Shown: positions 63,847-64,000 of the stretch, in pieces
How the letters are laid out: the number at the start of each line of letters is the position of its first letter
Position numbering within the stretch: the stretch's first letter is position 1
Origin: a virus
IMG/VR virus record: IMGVR_UViG_3300037311_000293
Length of the DNA: 64,000 bases
Direction: 5' to 3' (one strand)
Program-made: the position numbers and the translations under genes
Notes under the pieces: generated by a model
Told to the model about the DNA's origin: nothing
Database searches by the model: none
Seen by the model: only the letters and a program-made list of their open reading frames with translations

Positions 63847-63998
63847 CGGCCTTGCCCGGTTTCCAGCATCAACTGTCGCAGTCGTTCGGGGTCCTTCCGG
63901 AGCGCCTCGACTTCTTCAGCCAAGCGCTCCTCGAACTTCTCCATGAGGGCACGGCTTGTGGCTTCGAGCTCTGTGAGACTGCGCTGGAGCCTTGCACG
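63843..63998 (-). CDS. 3' end of a coiled-coil protein (truncated by the window edge)
   Basis: RARLQRSLTELEATSRALMEKFEERLAEEVEALRKDPERL...; ATGA overlap with the next gene. Confidence 0.55.
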   Translation of the reverse strand, partial: RARLQRSLTELEATSRALMEKFEERLAEEVEALRKDPERLRQLMLETGQGR

Positions 63999-64000
63999 CT

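Noticed and set aside
126-63946. Many long ORFs antisense or out of frame to the called genes (e.g. 941-2977+, 14354-16051+, 32136-33827+, 33903-35720+, 40947-42266+)
   Set aside because: Shadow ORFs expected from high GC3 bias on the opposite strand; R/G/P-rich, with no RBS and no family motifs
1-64000. tRNA, rRNA, introns, inteins, integrase, transposases
   Set aside because: No cloverleaf/T-loop signatures seen in the few intergenic gaps; TerL, PolA, DnaB, GyrB and RNAP are of uninterrupted length with no intein motifs; no recombinase motifs seen

Overview
The whole window is part of one large, GC-rich tailed-phage genome with a contractile tail (myovirus-like). I recognise no host chromosomal genes, integrase, tRNA or CRISPR array. 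Minus strand 213-19740 is a head/neck/tail operon: tube, sheath, neck, major capsid, prohead protease and many internal head proteins. A plus-strand islet at 19812-23140 carries a bacterial-type gyrB. Minus strand 23207-35990 runs from a single 2077-aa fused beta-beta' RNA polymerase through a baseplate spike to the large terminase. Plus strand 36047-40253 holds a MoxR AAA/vWA module, and minus strand 40284-46226 holds the portal operon. Plus strand 46290-62797 is the replication/recombination operon: SF2 helicase, UDG-like protein, DnaB, primase, SSB, PolA, RecA, resolvases and a Cas4-like nuclease. Best candidates for new biology: (1) the fused RNAP with a GGDIDGD active site, translationally coupled to a virion gene; (2) a repeated divergent promoter cassette (leftward TTGACC-N18-TAnnnT-N6-start codon, back to back with a 14-bp CCTATCAGTAAGTG motif); (3) an unannotated -1 ribosomal frameshift (G GGA AAC) that would add an HeH-like domain; (4) a K-x-A/S motif enriched in head proteins, a candidate protease cleavage code. 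All family calls come from motif recognition by eye, not database searches.
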